DNA of 54,846 nucleotides from a virus. Lineage: Duplodnaviria; Caudoviricetes. Of this stretch, positions 51,895 through 54,846 are shown piece by piece. The notes below the pieces were generated by a model, which was given only the letters and a program-made list of their open reading frames with translations, had not been told where the DNA came from and made no database searches. The first letter of the stretch is position 1. Every line of letters starts with the position of its first letter. Position numbers and translations under genes: made by a program. The stretch covers positions 1 to 54,846 of IMG/VR virus record IMGVR_UViG_3300044667_000164. One strand, 5' to 3'.

Positions 51895-53010
51895 ATGTCA
51901 CTGTTCCAACCGGCCGAGAGCACGTCGGCCTACCTCAAGATGGGGATCATGGGCAAACAAGGCGCCGGCAAGTCGAAGACTGCCGCCAAGGTGGCTATCG
52001 GCCTGATCAAGCATCTGAAGGCGCGCGGCATCGACTATGCGAGCAAACCGGTCGCGTTCTTCGATACCGAGACCGGATCGGACTGGCTGATCCCGGACTT
52101 CGACCAAGCGGGCATCCCGCTTGCCGTCGCCAAGGAGCGCTCGTTTGTGAAGCTGCTCGAGGCGGTGCGCTGGTCGGAAGCGAACGCATCCGCACTGATC
52201 ATCGACTCGATCACCCACCCGTGGCGCGAACTGCTTGAGTCCTACATGAAGAAGAAGCAGCGCTCGTTCCTGCAGATCGACGATTGGGGTTACTTAAAAG
52301 GCGACCACGGTTGGGCGCAGTTCACCGACCTCTATATCAATTCGAAGCTGCATATCATCATGTGCGGTCGCGCCGGCGACGACACCGAGCAATACACCGA
52401 CGAGAACGGCAAGCGCCAGTTCGAAAAAGTCGGAGTCAAGATGAAGACCGAGGGGGAGACCGGGTTCGAGCCGTCGCTGCTGGTCCTGATGGAGCGCGAG
52501 ATGGATTTGCGCACCAATGGTGTCATCCATCGCGCCTACGTGCTGAAGGATCGCTCCGACCTTTTGGACGGCAAGGAGATCGACGATCCGGACTTTAAGG
52601 ATTTTCTGCCACACATCGACCGGCTCAATCTCGGGGGCGCGCATATCGGAGTCCAGGTGACGGGCGATAGCCAGCATATTTTGAAGACCGAAAAACGCGA
52701 CTGGCAGCCGGTGCAGCGCAAGATCGTCATCGACGAAATCCAGACGCTGCTCACCCTCACCTTCCCCTCGCAGTCGGCCGAGGACAAGAAGAACAAGCTG
52801 AAGGCGATCCTGCAGCATTTCGATGCCACCTGGACCGAGATCGAGGAGGTGATGCCGCTGCCTGAGTTGCGCGCCGGCTACGACAGCCTGCACGTCGCGC
52901 TGACCGGCAAGCCGTCGAAGTACGGCACTGCGCTCGCCAAGGATGCCGCGCCACTCGCGATCGACGATCAGATTCCGGACTTCGATCAGAAGGCCGCAGC
53001 CGCGGCGTAA
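51895..53010 (+). CDS. AAA_24/Sak4-like ATPase (recombination)
   Basis: Walker A GKQGAGKS, FFDTE.GS, LIIDSITH.W; acidic tail DDQIPDF. Confidence 0.85.
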   Translation: MSLFQPAESTSAYLKMGIMGKQGAGKSKTAAKVAIGLIKHLKARGIDYASKPVAFFDTETGSDWLIPDFDQAGIPLAVAKERSFVKLLEAVRWSEANASALIIDSITHPWRELLESYMKKKQRSFLQIDDWGYLKGDHGWAQFTDLYINSKLHIIMCGRAGDDTEQYTDENGKRQFEKVGVKMKTEGETGFEPSLLVLMEREMDLRTNGVIHRAYVLKDRSDLLDGKEIDDPDFKDFLPHIDRLNLGGAHIGVQVTGDSQHILKTEKRDWQPVQRKIVIDEIQTLLTLTFPSQSAEDKKNKLKAILQHFDATWTEIEEVMPLPELRAGYDSLHVALTGKPSKYGTALAKDAAPLAIDDQIPDFDQKAAAAA

Positions 53011-53065
53011 CCGAGACTGCGCTTAACGAACCCGTGGCGACGGGTGACGTGGGAGGGGCGACGAC

Positions 53066-53819
53066 ATGAGCGGACTGGTCTTCGTGAGTGTCGTCGCCTT
53101 CTCCCTCGCAGCCGCGCTCTGGCTCGCCTATCGGCTCGGCGTCGAGACCGGCCGCGCCCGGGCCTTCGGCGCCGCCCTCATCCGCATCACCGAACCGAGC
53201 GACCAATGACCTTGCGCATTGCCCTGCCCGCGATCGCCGACATCGAGAGTTTCGTCACCGACGAACTCGACCGGCTCGAAATCGCAGGCGACACCTACGC
53301 CGGTCTCGAGGAGCACGACTGCATCAATCCAGGCGGTCATCTGTTTCTCGCCAGCGGGACCGAAGAGCACTGCCTGCACTGCCGGTGGATCACATGGCGC
53401 AGGTAGATCCCCCACCATTGTTGGAAGGTTTTGAATACTGGCAGTTCGAGCCGAAGCGAGATTTGCAGGCCTACGAGCTGGCCATCCTCGTGAGGGAAAT
53501 GCGCGGCGCTGGATTTGCGCATGGCGGCTTGCTCCAGATTCCAATCGATAAATCACGCGCGCCGCACTGGGACGAGATCAAACGCCATTTCATCCGTTGT
53601 GAGGAGAACACGATGGCCATCAAGTACTATTGCGACGTTTGCCACCATGAGATGGCACCGGGCGAGACGAAGCGGCTTCGCCTCACGCTCGGGAATGTCT
53701 CCGTCGAGATCGTGACGGCCTACAAGGGCGCCTGGAATGGCGGCCACATCTGTCACGGCTGCGTCAGGAGCGCCATCGAATGCGGCGTACCCTATACCGG
53801 TGCGGAGCCCGCAGCATGA
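53066..53819 (+). other. Small early genes (53066-53209 TM; 53206-53406; 53394-53819 with a possible internal start at 53613)
   Basis: Overlapping ORFs with RBSs; CxxC motifs in the last. Confidence 0.55.
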
Positions 53820-54262
53820 TCGCCGATCGCCCGCAGCGCATCGCCTCACCGACAGGTCCCGGGCTGCTGCTGAAGCACACCCATCGCATGGCCGACCGGC
53901 TGCGCCGCCACGACGAGCGCGCGCAGGACCCGCAGTATCTCGCCCTGGTGCGGCAGCTGCCCTGCCTGAAATGCGGCCTCGACCCGTGCGGCACCGCCGC
54001 CCATGTGCGGATGAACTCCGGCCTGTTCAACAAGCGCCAGGCGGTCGGCCGCAAGCCGGCGGACAAGTGGACCGTGCCGCTCTGCGCGGCGTGCCACCTC
54101 AACGACGCGGACAGCCAGCACCGGATCGGCGAACTCGCGTTCTGGCATGGCGTCGGCATCAACCCGTTGCGGGTGTGCGACGCGCTTTACGCGCAGCGCG
54201 GCGACCTCGTCGCGATGCGCGCCGTGATCTTCCAGGCAATCGCAACAAGGGGGCCAGCATGA
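53816..54262 (+). CDS. DUF968-like (HNH-type Zn-binding) protein
   Basis: YL..VRQLPC..CG....AAHVR, G.KP.D.WTVPLC..CH, H..GE..FW. Confidence 0.8.
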   Translation: MIADRPQRIASPTGPGLLLKHTHRMADRLRRHDERAQDPQYLALVRQLPCLKCGLDPCGTAAHVRMNSGLFNKRQAVGRKPADKWTVPLCAACHLNDADSQHRIGELAFWHGVGINPLRVCDALYAQRGDLVAMRAVIFQAIATRGPA

Positions 54263-54537
54263 AGTTCGATCCGGTCAGCAACGCCGACCTCGTGATCTCG
54301 GTCGAGGAGGCGCAACGCCGCAAGGCCACCGTGAAGTCCGATCAGGCGTTCGCGGCGCTGATGATGAAGCAGATCCGGCGCGGCAAGGAAAAGCCGCGCA
54401 TCGGCACCTATGTCGATACCACGCCGATCCGGCCGACGAGCTTCCAGCGCACGGCAGTATTTTCCGGCTGCGGCTCGCCGTCCCAACTGTGCACGGAAAG
54501 CGCGATCTCCGAGGGCGGCGGATCGACCTACAAGTGA
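54259..54537 (+). CDS. Hypothetical protein
   Basis: ATGA overlap; SGCGSPSQLC. Confidence 0.65.
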   Translation: MKFDPVSNADLVISVEEAQRRKATVKSDQAFAALMMKQIRRGKEKPRIGTYVDTTPIRPTSFQRTAVFSGCGSPSQLCTESAISEGGGSTYK

Positions 54538-54698
54538 GAATCGCCAACGCTAGGTTGCGCCAATTGGCGCGGCCTCCTTTTGCAGCGGAGCATGAAGTCC
54601 CCGCACACCTGCTGCGGATGCCGGGTGGCGGAGCCCGAGCGAACGGATCGCCGGCATAGCCGCGCACATTTCGCAAGATGAACAGAACGGGGGAAGCA

Positions 54699-54846
54699 AT
54701 GGCAAAATATGAATTTACCGGTGAGACCAAAGTCCATTTGGGCGTAACGCTGCGCCGCATCCGCGCGGTTACTGCTATCGCCGCAATCGGCGTCGCCGCC
54801 GGCGATCTTGGCGGCTGGATCGAGAAGGAGAGCAATCTTTCGCAGG
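54699..54846 (+). CDS. Phage protein, truncated by the window edge
   Basis: MAKYEFTGETK....TLRRIRA...V.AGDLGGWIEKESNLS, an N-terminus often followed by hexapeptide repeats. Confidence 0.75.
   Translation, partial: MAKYEFTGETKVHLGVTLRRIRAVTAIAAIGVAAGDLGGWIEKESNLSQ

Larger units (their letters stand above)
3569..54846. mobile_element. Temperate phage/prophage with contractile tail (lysis, tail, head, packaging, replication, immunity and early modules); runs past the right edge, left boundary uncertain (may include 256..969)
   Basis: Canonical modular gene order: terminase, portal, capsid, sheath, baseplate J, amidase, divergent HTH repressors. No integrase or att site seen. Confidence 0.95.

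Noticed and set aside
54615-54665. GCCGGGTGGCGGAG as the start of a tRNA
   Set aside because: No T-arm GTTC motif or cloverleaf

Overview
The window is almost entirely one temperate phage (probably an integrated prophage) of a GC-rich alphaproteobacterium, Hyphomicrobiales-like, with a contractile myovirus-type tail. From right to left: an early left operon on + (~50.8 kb to past the window end: AAA ATPase, DUF968-like protein); a cI/cro-like immunity switch (~49.6-50.8 kb); an early/replication operon on - (MT-A70 methylase, HD hydrolase, GapR, SNF2 helicase, replication initiator with iterons, NusG-family antiterminator); then the late operon on - (terS/terL, portal, protease, capsid, neck, sheath, tube, tape measure, baseplate, tail fibre, lysis). 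An IS1595-family element (970..3510; perfect 24-bp TIRs, 8-bp TSD) carries passenger genes and splits a probable sRNA at the end of the late operon. No integrase or att site is visible. Best leads: an RF2-like +1 frameshift signal that could fuse TerS to TerL; a membrane-anchored GIY-YIG/T5orf172 nuclease moron; the IS cargo gene pair; a radical SAM/SPASM moron; a WPNP-repeat virion protein; and a dispersed 22-bp perfect palindrome. All family calls come from reading motifs by eye; no database search was run.
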